A stretch of 54,562 nucleotides of DNA, counting the filler, from Sphacelaria rigidula (lineage: Eukaryota): assembly GCA_964200075.2 (NCBI GenBank). It is 3 parts of 3 records of this genome, joined end to end, with 100 filler letters (N's around TTAATTAATTAA, not from the genome) between each part and the next. Parts side by side here need not be neighbours in the genome. Positions count along the whole stretch, not along the records: positions 36,443 to 54,562 come from CAXNAA020000912.1; 2 more parts are not named here. One strand, given 5' to 3'. Positions 37,992-49,400 of the stretch are shown in pieces; the stretch's first letter is position 1; every line of letters starts with the position of its first letter. A model generated the notes under the pieces. The model saw only the letters and a list, made by a program, of their open reading frames with translations. It made no database searches and was not told where the DNA came from. Made by a program: the position numbers and the translations under genes.

Positions 37992-38482
37992 CGAGCTGGG
38001 TCAGCCTGAAAACGGATTCAAGCTCTTACCGCCATATTTCATCGACGCAAACGACTTGGGCCCGGTATTCACATATCTTACCATTTATTCAACTACGAGG
38101 CGGGTTCTCATCTGCTCTTCAATTTAGACAAGTTTTTTGTCGTTGATTGAGCGTCAACTCGACTAAATCCTACTACGTACGGTGATGGGGTTCATACCAA
38201 CGTCTACACGAAACCCCGAACGAGATGTACAGCGGATGATTATTGGTGTGAACACACCGTGAAGGACGGGGAAAGGATGGATACCCTCACCTTCACCTAG
38301 CTCGTTGTCTATTGGAGACATGGCGCAAATACATTTCAGCATTTAACTCAATATGTCAAGAGCAGAGGGGTAAAATGCACCGAAATCTGGGATTCTCACC
38401 TCAATTTCGAGAGCTGTGCTTCGAAATTCGCAATGGAGAATCAGTAGGGCATATGAATAAATATTGCTTCAGCTCCATGAAA
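37992..38482 (+). mobile_element. CGAGCTGGGTC-terminated TIR-family sequence, inverted partner of 46200-46338
   Basis: CGAGCTGGGTCAGCCTGAAAACGGA versus the reverse complement of 46313-46338, CGAGCTGGGTCAGCCTAGAAACGGA. 38389-38482 also aligns inverted with 46200-46296. Confidence 0.6.
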
Positions 38483-38580
38483 ACAAATCTGTGAGCTTCA
38501 GTCGTTCTTGTGGAAAATGGTCCTTACTGCACTTAAACGTAGTTATTTCACGAAATGAGATCTCACTATACTACCGCCAC

Positions 38581-38697
38581 GCCCCGGTGGTGTAATGGTC
38601 CGGCTGTCGCCATTAGGGTGGAGAGAACGGGGTTCGATTCCCGATGCGTTGACCACGGACTCATCCCGAGGAAGGGGAGGGGTTCGAAGTGTGGGGG

Positions 38698-38728
<31 letters not shown>

Positions 38729-38732
38729 TATA
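38581..38732 (+). mobile_element. tRNA-derived SINE with LINE-shared 3' tail, A-tail and (TA)n
   Basis: Pol III A box TGGTGTAATGG (38588) and B box GGTTCGATTCC (38631). No proper acceptor or anticodon stems. Tail matches 18642-18705. Confidence 0.85.
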
Positions 38733-38788
38733 CCGTAGATTTCTTCCCATCATAATGCTCTTGCGATTCTCCACATCAAATTTCCGGG

Positions 38789-39547
38789 ACAAACTTCCGG
38801 GGGAGCAATCCGGGCTGGTGCAGGCGCGGGGGGGGCGTATGGTACAGGCAGTAATCCCATCCCTGCGGGGATGGGTATTCCATACGTGGAAGGGCAACTA
38901 CCCCCCCTCCAGGACAGCATCTTCTTGTTCTGGTGTCAGGCGTTCCGCGTAGAGCATCATCGTTGACGTTCGACGCCCATTTCGAAACGGCGTAAACTCC
39001 GGAGGGGGGATCAAGCCGTCACGAGGATACCTCCCGAGAAGCAATTTCCTCCATTGGTGCGGTAGGTCGTCTGCTGGTGGCGCCTGCGCACACATGGGGT
39101 TGCCTGCTTGTGCTACCCCGGGGACGGTACCGCGCTCCATGCGCCTATTTCCTTTACCGGGACGGGGGTCGTGGAACAAACTTCCGGGGGAGCAATCCGC
39201 GCTGGTGCAGGCGCGGGGAGGGCGTATGTTAAGGGAGCAATCCCATCCCTGCGTGGATGGGTATTCCATATGTGGAAGGGCAACTACCACCCCGTCCCGG
39301 AAGAGGAAATAGGCGCATGGAGCGCGGTACCGTCCCCGGGGTAGCACAAGCAGGCAACCCCATGTGTGCGCAGGCGCCACCATCAGACGACCTACCGCAC
39401 CAATGGAGGAAATTGCTTTTCGGGAGGTATCCTCGTGACGGCTTGATCCCCCCTCTGGAGTTTCCGCCGTTTCCAATTGGGCGTCGAACCTCAACGATGA
39501 TGCTCTACGCGGAACGCCTGACACCAGAACAAGATGCTGTCCTGGAG
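38789..39547. repeat. A-B'-A-B direct plus inverted duplication
   Basis: A = 38789-38902 and 39176-39288 (direct). B' = 38907-39167 is the reverse complement of B = 39290-39547, above 90% identity by eye. Confidence 0.93.
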
Positions 39548-42500
39548 AAGGCTGAGAAGGATGTCGAGAGATTGGCGGCTGATCTCCCGATGTCCCCTCC
39601 TACCGACACTTCTGGAGGTCTATCGAGGGAGACAACCTCACGGCCGCCGTCGCCCAGTGTAGTCCTCCGGACCTATATCACACACCCTTGGCGCTGGACG
39701 TGGTGCCGGAGGAGGTGCTCAGGTCACTTCTGCGGTCCCTTGTGCGGCATCACTTGACACTGGTTTCGGAGTTCGCGGAGGCGAAAAGCTCGTGCAACAG
39801 TGATGCAGACATGGAGTTGTCGGTGAATTACGGGCAGGACGACACGGTATCCTACAATATAGCGAGAATGATGCTTCTGGATGCCGTGAGGACCCCTGCG
39901 GAGAAATCACACGGCTCGCACGTGTGGGAACATCTACGAAAGGTGTTCGAAATTCGTGAGCCTTCTCTAGCTGACTGGAAATGGGTGGGGAAAAGAAACG
40001 GGGAAGAGGCCAATAGGGATGCAGCCCTGAAGGAACTGCATATAGCCAATTCTCGGGTACTGCTGCTCGGGCAGCAGCTCGAAGAGGCCGTCAGCAACCG
40101 GGATGAGAAGCTGCGAAGGCTGCAGGAGACGTGCCAACCTCACTGGGCCCACAGCGAGGGGTGGTGAGTACGGACAGGGATGGGGATATTGAAAGAAGAC
40201 ACCGGTTTGTAATCGATCGTGTTAGACGTGGTGGCGGTATGACCAAATTTGTTCCTAATTTCACTGGTATCACCCGCTCCCGCAGAGAATTCTTGATCCC
40301 GATGGTACGAACCTCCGCGCTGCTGTCGTTGCAGGCAACACCTGTGGGCTATCGCCTCCTCAATCCCTGAGCCGGAAGGCCTCTCGAAGGTCGAATGGGA
40401 CGAATTCATGTCGAGAGCGTTTAGGTTGGCGAACAGTGTTGACTAGGACGGTCTTAACTCGAAGATGGTGACGATGACGTTTCTTCGGGAGAGGACGGCG
40501 GAGATGGTGCTCATCGCAACCCACCTCCGTTATATACCCGGTGAGTCGCTTGCGTGACTCAACACACAATCGATTCCGGGACCTAACAACAATCGATCCC
40601 GGGACCTGACAACAATCATCACTCCGACGTTCCAATAATGTGCGCCCGCGTTCATACAGGGACAGAATCCGTCATCGCTTGCCTTAGAGGATTCGTGTAC
40701 GACATGGGACGGAGTGGGGATACCCGGTCTCCGCAGATAATGTCGAAGCTATTCGACATTTCCGGGATCGAGAGGTGAGAGCGTCACGCCATCCGTGGGT
40801 ACAGACCGATCGGGTTCGGCATTGGTGCCACCACCGATGCCTTGATCGCAATTTGTTGCTCACAAGGCAATTCTTCAGAATGTTATGCACTGTGGGCTAC
40901 CCTGGGGTCGACTATCCAATGAAATCGGAGGGGGGATGAAACTAGCAGTACGTACCCACATGCTGTCGGTAGTGTGATGGTGTAGCGACGAAGCAGTATG
41001 ATTGTCGACAGCACATATGCAATGGATGTGTGTAAGGTCCCGGGATCGATTGTGTGTTATGTCCTTGTCTGATCTCGGCTCCTGTCACATGCATCATAAT
41101 ATATCTGTGCTGCCTCGTACTTGAAAGGTTTTCGCCGTGCCGGTGCATTCGTATCCCTCTGTTTCACTCTTTCCCCACGCCGTCGACACAACGACACAAA
41201 CATGTGGAACGGCAGTTTCACAAATCATCCCCCAATAAAAGCTGGGGGGCCACTACAGCAAAGCGCGTATGAAGACACCAAGAAATTCTTCCTACCAAGC
41301 AGCTCGGAGTACTTCGGGATACCCAGCCCGTCGGCGTTGAGGGACAAAACGGTGCAACTCACGACCGTTGTGCCCGCCCAAATGTATAAGGAGGTGATGG
41401 TGTACAATGGGGATACCCAGAGGCGAACTTCGCTGACACGTCCCACTCCCTCAAGCGGAGATGCCCGAGGGAGAAGATGAAGAACAAGGAAGCCCCCGTA
41501 CGAACATCGATGAAGACGAACACATGATGAATACGAACATCGCTGAAGTTCTCGAAGGTCGTGATGATGAGGGGGGCGTGGACATTGTTGGCAGTGGACT
41601 CCCTCACTGTCATGGCGCCGGGAAAGGGGATGGGGATGAGGGTCATGTGGGTGCGAGTGAGAGTCCATCCAGTGGGAGACCATCCCCTTGTACGGGTGGT
41701 ACCGAATATAACGCCCGGTAGAACCACAAACGTGCCTCCCCCGCCAGGAAACCCGGGACAGACAAAGGCGAAGGGAGTAAAGGCACAAGTACCCCCACCG
41801 GCCAGAAGATGGCCGCGAAAGACGATCGGGGTGAGGAGGCGATTAGAGAAATCACCTGCAGCGGATCTCCGGCCCTTCCTGCCGCTGTCACGGGGTCCGG
41901 GACCGCCAAAGCCACGCTCATGGCGGCTCCGCTCTCCAACAAAAAAACAGGGACCGCCGCGGGGCCGAAGCCGGGAGCGATGACACCGTCTCCCGACCCA
42001 GCGTATTTTAGTTACGCACGGGAGGGCCCATGACCGGGCGATCGCACGCGCAGCAGAGAGCAGCACCGCAGCCTCAAAACCGCAACAGGTGGTGACGATG
42101 GGGGCACATGGACAGCGAAGACAGGGATCACCCCCACCGGGTCCTCTTCGAGCCTTCCCACAACCGTCGGGATGCGGGCGACTGCCAGTTGTGATGTTTT
42201 CGACGGTACACGAGCTCCGCAGGCTTCCCAAGGAGCAACCTGATCCCGGACCTTCCCCTCTACCGCAACGACGAGTGCGGGCGCGACTGATGATGAGGGC
42301 ACACGGTCAGGGATGGCTACCGTCCCGAAGCCGCAGTCGCTGACAGTGGTTACCCCCACCCCCACCGCAACCGTCTCTGCCACTGAGAAGAGGCCAATGA
42401 CCCCCCGGGCCACATTCATCGCAATCACCCGTCGGTAAGATTGGACAGGTTCTGCAGAATTCGCCACGATCGGCCGCCAGGGATGAACCACGGTCCGCTT

Positions 42501-43170
42501 ACAAGAGGAAAGGGAAGAGGAAGAGGAACAAGGGGAACAACAACCACCCTTCTCCTGAGGGGCAGCCGGACATGGAAGAGCACGGAAGGTGACCAACCGC
42601 GTCAGACAGCAAGACGTTATCCGTCAGAAAATTGAGGAGACGGAAGGAGAAGGAAGAGCGAGAAGCGGCGGAGGAAGAGCGGGAACAACGGAGAGCAAGG
42701 CCTCCCACCACGCACAGGTGGGTCCACGACTTAGCGGTAGAGGTCTGCGACTTGACGGTCGGGGATGGAAATGAGTTCCCTCAACAGATCCATGACTCAG
42801 CGGTAGGGGATGTCTGCGACTTGACGGTCGAGGATGGGGATGAGTTCCCTCAACACGACGAAGTCTCCTTGAGCTCATCCCCGTCAAGTGATGTCATCAC
42901 GCCGTCCCGTTCTCGACCGATTATTACAGGTGGTAAAGCGGAACGGAGAAATGCACGTCAGAGTCCGCGGTACCCGTTGAAGATGCACTGGTGGTGGGAG
43001 ATGCTGGCGGAGAGAGATAAAATCTTAAGGGAAAATTTCGCGAAAAGTTATGGGGCCATCTATCCGAACGGAGTTTCCCTGAGAGAAGCTCGACAACCGC
43101 GTCCGCAACGAGAAGGCGAGGGGAGGGGGAGAGGGGGGGGGGGAGGGAGGGGGAGGTCGTCTCGATAGAA
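39500..43170 (+). pseudogene. Decayed multi-exon gene of unknown function, possibly transposon-borne
   Basis: Protein-like frames with shifts (LEKAEKDVERLAADL, EEVLRSLLRSLVRHHL, ALKELHIANSRVLLLGQQLEEAV, VEWDEFMSRAFRL). Donor G|GTGAGT at 40541 and phase-matched acceptor CATACAG at 40659. Acidic/basic low-complexity C-terminal region with a 22-aa duplication (42721-42858). Confidence 0.45.
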
Positions 43171-43534
43171 TAGGGGGGAAGAACGGGGCAGCGACCGACG
43201 AGGGGGTAGTGTAGAGGTGAGGGAGGATTCGTGACGGATCTGCCAAAAGCCTCGTGAGGAACACGTGAGATCCCGAGATCGATTGTCTGTCACCGGTACT
43301 TGTTTTTTTCATCTGTTGTGAATTGGATGGATTGGATCGCCTTGTGACGGACCTGGGAATGACCTCGTGAGGAACACCTTGCGGTACCGGGATCGGTTAT
43401 ATGTTGTTACCGGTGCCGCTACTTGTTTCAGATCCGTTGTAGATACCTGTTAATAGCCTCGTGAGACACACGTGGTTACCGGTACCGGTACCGTTGTGCA
43501 TTAGATAGCCTGCTGGCGGACCTGTGAATGCCCT

Positions 43535-45740
43535 TGTGGTCCCGGTATCGATTGTGTGTTAGGTCCCGGCATAGATTGTGGATTAGGGTTAGGATTATAT
43601 GTCGACAGTGTACATACAGTTCGGCTCAGGGATTCAAGAATAAACATCATTCGCATGAATAATCGAGGACTCCATCGTTGTACATCAGCTGATCCCGCCC
43701 AGGCCTCAGAGGCTGTCAACACATTGAATACAAATGCCGACAGCACACATGCAGTCGAAACAACTTGTCGACAGTACACATGCAGTCAGCTTTCGGGATT
43801 GAAAAAATACAGTTGAACTGCTTCGATAGGTATCGACATATAAACCGTCTCCTACAGCCGGGCATTGTTCACAGTATAACAATTTGATCCCCGTACATAT
43901 GTACTATTGTTATATTCATCTATTTTGCGGATATAACAGCAAGGCGGTACAACGGGTTTAGGTTACTCGATACCGATCTGTTGACGAGCAGGTCAGAGAA
44001 GGGATGACGAACCTCGGGATGACCTACAGTCAGTCCACAGCGTCACGTCCCGTCAGGAGGGATGACGAACCCCGGGATGGCCTACAGTCAGTCGACAGAT
44101 GTACAGTATCCACTTATAAACCGTGTCCTACAGCCGAACAATGTTCGCAGTAAATTCATTTGATCCCGCTACATACGTTCTATTGTTATATTCCTCTACT
44201 TAGCGACTATAACAGCAAGGTGGTACAACGGGTTTACGTTACTCAGAACAAATTTGCTGACAAGCAGGTAAGAGAAGGGGGACCAACCCCGCGATGGCCT
44301 ACAGTCAGTCCATATCTGTGAAGAGTTCTTATAGCAGAAGATTTGGTACTGTTACGTATAAGCATCCCGTCTACATAACTCTCGCTGCATTATTTTGTCT
44401 TTTCATTCGAGCAGCAGAGTGGTGTGGTAGGTCATCGTCACTGGAAACGGATAAAAAAACAGTAACAAGTTCTCATAAAGACCAGCGGGTCAGACGAGGA
44501 TTATTGGGCGGGATCGACTTCACAGACACCGACAGCCCTTACCGACACAGAAATAGACAGCCCTCACCGACGCAAACAGGACGGGGATCGACGACGGGAA
44601 TCGACAGAGTGCGCCGCTCAATGCCGATAAACACGATCTCCCTCAGCCTGGCTCATGTTCTACCTCCCACGAAGAATAACCTGAGGGAACTCAAGAGAGA
44701 GAGGGAGGCATGGGGTCTGGGTCACGTTGCAGAACGGCCGGGAGGTCTTTTATCCACAGCATGTTATTTGTCCGCTTTGTCCCGTTGAGAAAACGTGGTA
44801 GAGGTCTTTCTGTGGGGTGGGAAAGACGCCGTATTCAGCGACATTAGCACGTCTGCCCCACCACACCCTCCCCAGCTCCGAGAGGGACAGCAGGAATGAG
44901 GTCCGGAGGGAGTTCAAGAGACACCTCAACGGCCATCATGAGGCATTCCTTACGCTCAGCGCTCGTGACCTCGGGGAGATTTTCAAGATTATTGGCGCGG
45001 CGGGATTGTACGACGACAAGCCGCGCGATTCCGCAATGTGGTGAGTACGTGCCCTTCTGCTGCGTGCCGTACTGCATTAGTGTTTAGCGTGTCCCCTCTT
45101 CAGCGGCATACCCAACTGACTGTGGAACAGCGTCCACAGAAAGACCTCCACCAGGTTTTTTTTACGGGACACAGCGGACGGATAGCAACATGCTGTGGAC
45201 AAAGACGTTCCGGCCGTTCCGCAACGTGACTATGTGGTCTGACTGTAGGCCATCCCGGGGTTCGTCATCCCTTCTGACGGGACTCTGCAGACTGACTGTA
45301 GGCCATCCCGAGGTTCGTCATCCCTTCTCTGACCTGCTCGTCAACAGATTGGCGTCGAGTAACCTAAACCCGTTGTACCGCCTTGCTGTTATATCCGCAA
45401 AATAGATGAATATAACAATAGTACATATGTACGGGGATCAAATTGTTATACTGTGAACAATGCCCGGCTGTAGGAGACGGATTATATGTCGATTCCTATC
45501 GAAGCAGTTCAATTGTATTTTTTCCATCCCGAAAGCTGACTGCATGTGTACTGTCGACAAATGGTTTCAATGTGTTGACAGCCTCCGAAGCCTGGGCGGG
45601 ATCAGACTGATGTACAACGATGGAGACGAGTCCTCGATTATCCATGCAAATGATGTTTATTCTTGAATCCCTGAGCCGAACTGTATGTATTCTGTCGGCA
45701 TATGACCCTAACCCTAACACACAATCGATCCCGGGATCTA
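43535..45740. repeat. Long inverted repeat: left arm 43535-44095 plus 44722-44816, right arm 45133-45740
   Basis: Long near-exact reverse-complement blocks, e.g. TACAGCCGGGCATTGTTCACAGTATAACAATTTGATCCCCGTACATATGTAC. Extra partial copies at 44113-44312 (direct) and 45810-45955. Confidence 0.93.
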
Positions 45741-46345
45741 AGATGTGTGTACTGTCGACGAAATGTTTAAATGCGTTGACAGCCGTGATCAGACAAGTCC
45801 ATTACACATTTTTTTTATCCCGAACGCTGACTGCATGTGTACTGCCGACCAATTGTTTCGACTGCATGTGTGCTGTCGACATTTGTTTTGAATGTGGTGA
45901 CAGCCTCCGAAGCCTGGGCGGGATCAGACTGATGTACAACGATGGAGACGAGTCCGATCATAAGCACACGTCTCAAAACTGCACTCAACACCATGCATCA
46001 TACAACCCCGTTTGGAGGCTGGCTCCGCCTTTAAATCTGGATTCTCGCCCCACTATCAAGAGCTACACCTTCAAATGTGGAATGGAGAATAGGGAGCGCA
46101 TAAAATAAAATAAAAGACCCATGAGATTTTTTATTTCGTGAGATGAGAAGGTGTAGTGATATCCGGGGTTTTTTTCGCCCATAACTCATGAAGAAAAAAC
46201 CTTCATGGAGTTGAAAGTAAGCTCGTGATTGTAACGTCCAATCGATTCTCCACACCAAATTTTGAAGTGCAACTCTCAAAATTGAGATGTGAATCCGCCT
46301 GCAACCTACAAGTCCGTTTCTAGGCTGACCCAGCTCGTTGCGTAC

Positions 46346-46482
46346 CTGGAGTGCTGAATCTCGACCTTTCCATGTAGGGTACCATGAATCCTTGGCTTCC
46401 CAGAATTTGAGGGGCGCATCCTGGTCGGCATCACTCCATGGCTTCCCGCCCTTTCCATCCGGGAAAAATCCACCAACGCCCC
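46346..46482 (-). CDS. GH16 exon (GVGGFFPDGKGGKPW...WYPTWKGRDSALQ)
   Basis: Acceptor TTTATGTTGTCAG, donor CAG|GTACGC; typical GH16 C-terminal segment. Confidence 0.93.
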
Positions 46483-49400
46483 CTGACAACATAAAAACAC
46501 CAGTGGTAAATAACGGTACACATTAGGAACATGGTAGCAACAAAGATCATCGTTGGCGGAATACACGGATGGTCGTGGTGGGAAATAGTAACAATACCAC
46601 AATCGAGGCGAAGTGACATCGGTGGCAGGGCATGGGATAATCTATTAAACAATCAATGCTCCAGACTTGCCGCAGTGGGAAAATGGCGGCATACACGGTA
46701 CAATTTTTCATTTTAACGACACCAAAAAATGGGGGAAGACAGCAAAGCTGCGACATTAAAATAAAAAATAAAACTCCTTCTTCAAACCGTACTCTCAACC
46801 CTTTTCCCTCTGGACAAGTCCTCAGTCCCAAGGATTCAGCCCCGAGGCCTCAGTCCCAAGGATTTAGTCCTACTTCCCCAAGTACTCGCCTGTCGTTTCG
46901 GTATAAAGGTGAAGTCGTTTGGATCAGCACTCCAGAACCGCCTTCTAATACCAGGGCTACACACGTTACACGTTCACGTTACGTTCATCACGTAAAAAAA
47001 CAAATACCGTTCACGTTACGTGACGTGCGTCACGTATAAAAAAACTGACGCTACATTAACGTTATATTTGAAATATTAACGTTACGTTGATGTTACGTTC
47101 ATCACGTGAAAAAGAATTAACGTTACGTTGACGTTACATTTGAAAAATTACCGTTCCATTTACGTTATGTTCATCACGTAAAAAAAATTGACGCTTACAT
47201 AACGTTTCGGCCAAAACGTGATGTGAACGTAACGCGTAACGCTATGGCACGTGTAACGTGTATAGCCCTGATTAATACCCTCTCGTGAAATGTTCAAAAT
47301 TGGTTTGCTACTCACACCCTCATGCCTTCACTAACGGAAACCAGAATATCCTTAATATCCTTCGACAGAACACATCTGCTAGCCTCGAACCCGCTTACTT
47401 CCGCTTCACCTAGTCGTCGGTGTACTGGTCACACCACAGGGGAGCAGGTGATGCTGCCCTACACGGGTCATGAAGGGCAGAGATGGGGAAACGACGAGGC
47501 ACAAGCTGGAACCCTGACACAATCAATACATATCGTCGAACGCAAGGCAACACGAGTGCAAGATGCAGTTGGACCGTCTCGAAGGAAACGTGGAATACAG
47601 TGAAAGTTGACGCTGACACCACTCACCCACGGCCACATTCATGATTAGATAAAAGCCTTGGTCGAAAGGAGCTGCCCACGATCTCCCGGCCCAGGGGTTG
47701 TCGACGTTCAATTTGTCGAAGTCGCCCCGTTCCCAAAACGGCTGATCGAAAGGCACCCTCAGAACTCGGTTGTCGGGTTCGTCGATGTAAGTAAACCTAG
47801 AATACGTGCCACGAATTTCACGTCACGACAGAAGGGCGTGCAGCACATCGCGGCAGACGACTCGAATGTGTTGATGGTTTTATTCAAAGCGTTCAGTTAT
47901 CAACCCAGTCAATCATACAAACGGGGTACATCTCGTGACGAGAACATGACGCACAACAGTGTGTCGCATATGCGACGTGCAATGATGAAATACAATAAAG
48001 GGTTGCGCTGGTCAAACTTCAGACTGCACGCTCAGCCTTCGCTTGTCCTCCCTGTCTGCTACGGGACACCCGACCCGACGCGATGCTCAGTCTGCCCCGG
48101 ATGGTCACACTTTCGGAAAAGTATGACATGGTCACACGTAGGACAGGCAGCAGTTGATGACACGAGCACAGGGCCTAGACTCATCCTTCGCTGTACACTA
48201 AAAAAATCTGCTTCATGACAAACCTCGGGTGAACAGCACAACTGACTGTCTCATCGGTTCACCACCTTTTTTTATCATGAGATATGTGCGATATGACACA
48301 CCAACGACGTTCGCGTATTCGTATGGTTGAAAGTTTCGAGTATTTGATTTTTTTTTTTTAGATGCCAAGTTTGGAGTCAGTGGAGTCAGAGGCGTATCGG
48401 CCGTGCGCAAGCGGCGCAAAAATACAACGTAAACGAATGGCCTCAGAATAACCCGAATTCGGCGCCTCCGGCGATCGAAAAACATCGCAAAAAAATCCCT
48501 TACTTTTATACGGCACGTGCTCTGCAGTGCTTTCGAGCTAAACCAGGGACGTTTTGCAATTTTTTCGTACTTCGTGATTCCCGATAGTTTTTCCGAGTAC
48601 CATCGCTTATCCCACTGCAATTTTGATCCCGAAACTTGGACATTGAGAGATACTAAGCATCCGCTCCACGTTCCCAAACAAAAATTGTCTGCCATCAATA
48701 TTGAACGACTTACAGGCTGACCGGTCCTCGAGAGTCCTGCGACTACCCAGCCCCAGGTTCTGATCCTCGCGTTTTTTTTGCTCGTTCTCGTGATCAACTT
48801 CAAACATTTTTTAATGCATACCTAGTCATTGCGGCAGAGCCGAAAACTGTGTTTATAGGGCCGGTGACGGTCGATAACACCCCCTTGTGAACGAGGTACA
48901 ATACTTACTTCGTATCTACCGGACAATACCACTATTGAGGATCCTGTCCTGAGCACGACCTGCTTCATTTCCTAATACCTATCGATGCTAGGACTTTCGA
49001 GTGCTATACGAAAAAATTCAGAAACGTATTCAACTACCAACATTGACGGGGGGTGTTCTTGACCGTCACTGGTCCAGAAAATACAGTTTTTCGGCTCTAG
49101 CACATTTCTGCACAAGAGCGACCGGGATTGCCTCAATCCAAGCCAAGAAACCCACGAGCCAGAACCTGGGGCTGGGTAATCACGACCCCCCGGAACCGGT
49201 CAGCCGGTAACTCGTGCAACATGAGCGCAGCGACTATTGTTTTGGAATGTGGAGCGGATGCCGAGGATCCCCCATCTCTCAAACTTTGGAAACACTCGTT
49301 CAACGGGATGAGCGGTGACACTCGAACTATTGGAAATCATCAAATACGAAGAATTACACAGAAACCCGGGTTCAGCTTGTAACTACTCTAACTTCATCTT

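Noticed and set aside
38581-38650. tRNA gene
   Set aside because: A and B boxes are present, but the acceptor and anticodon stems do not pair and a retroposon tail follows, so it is a SINE head.
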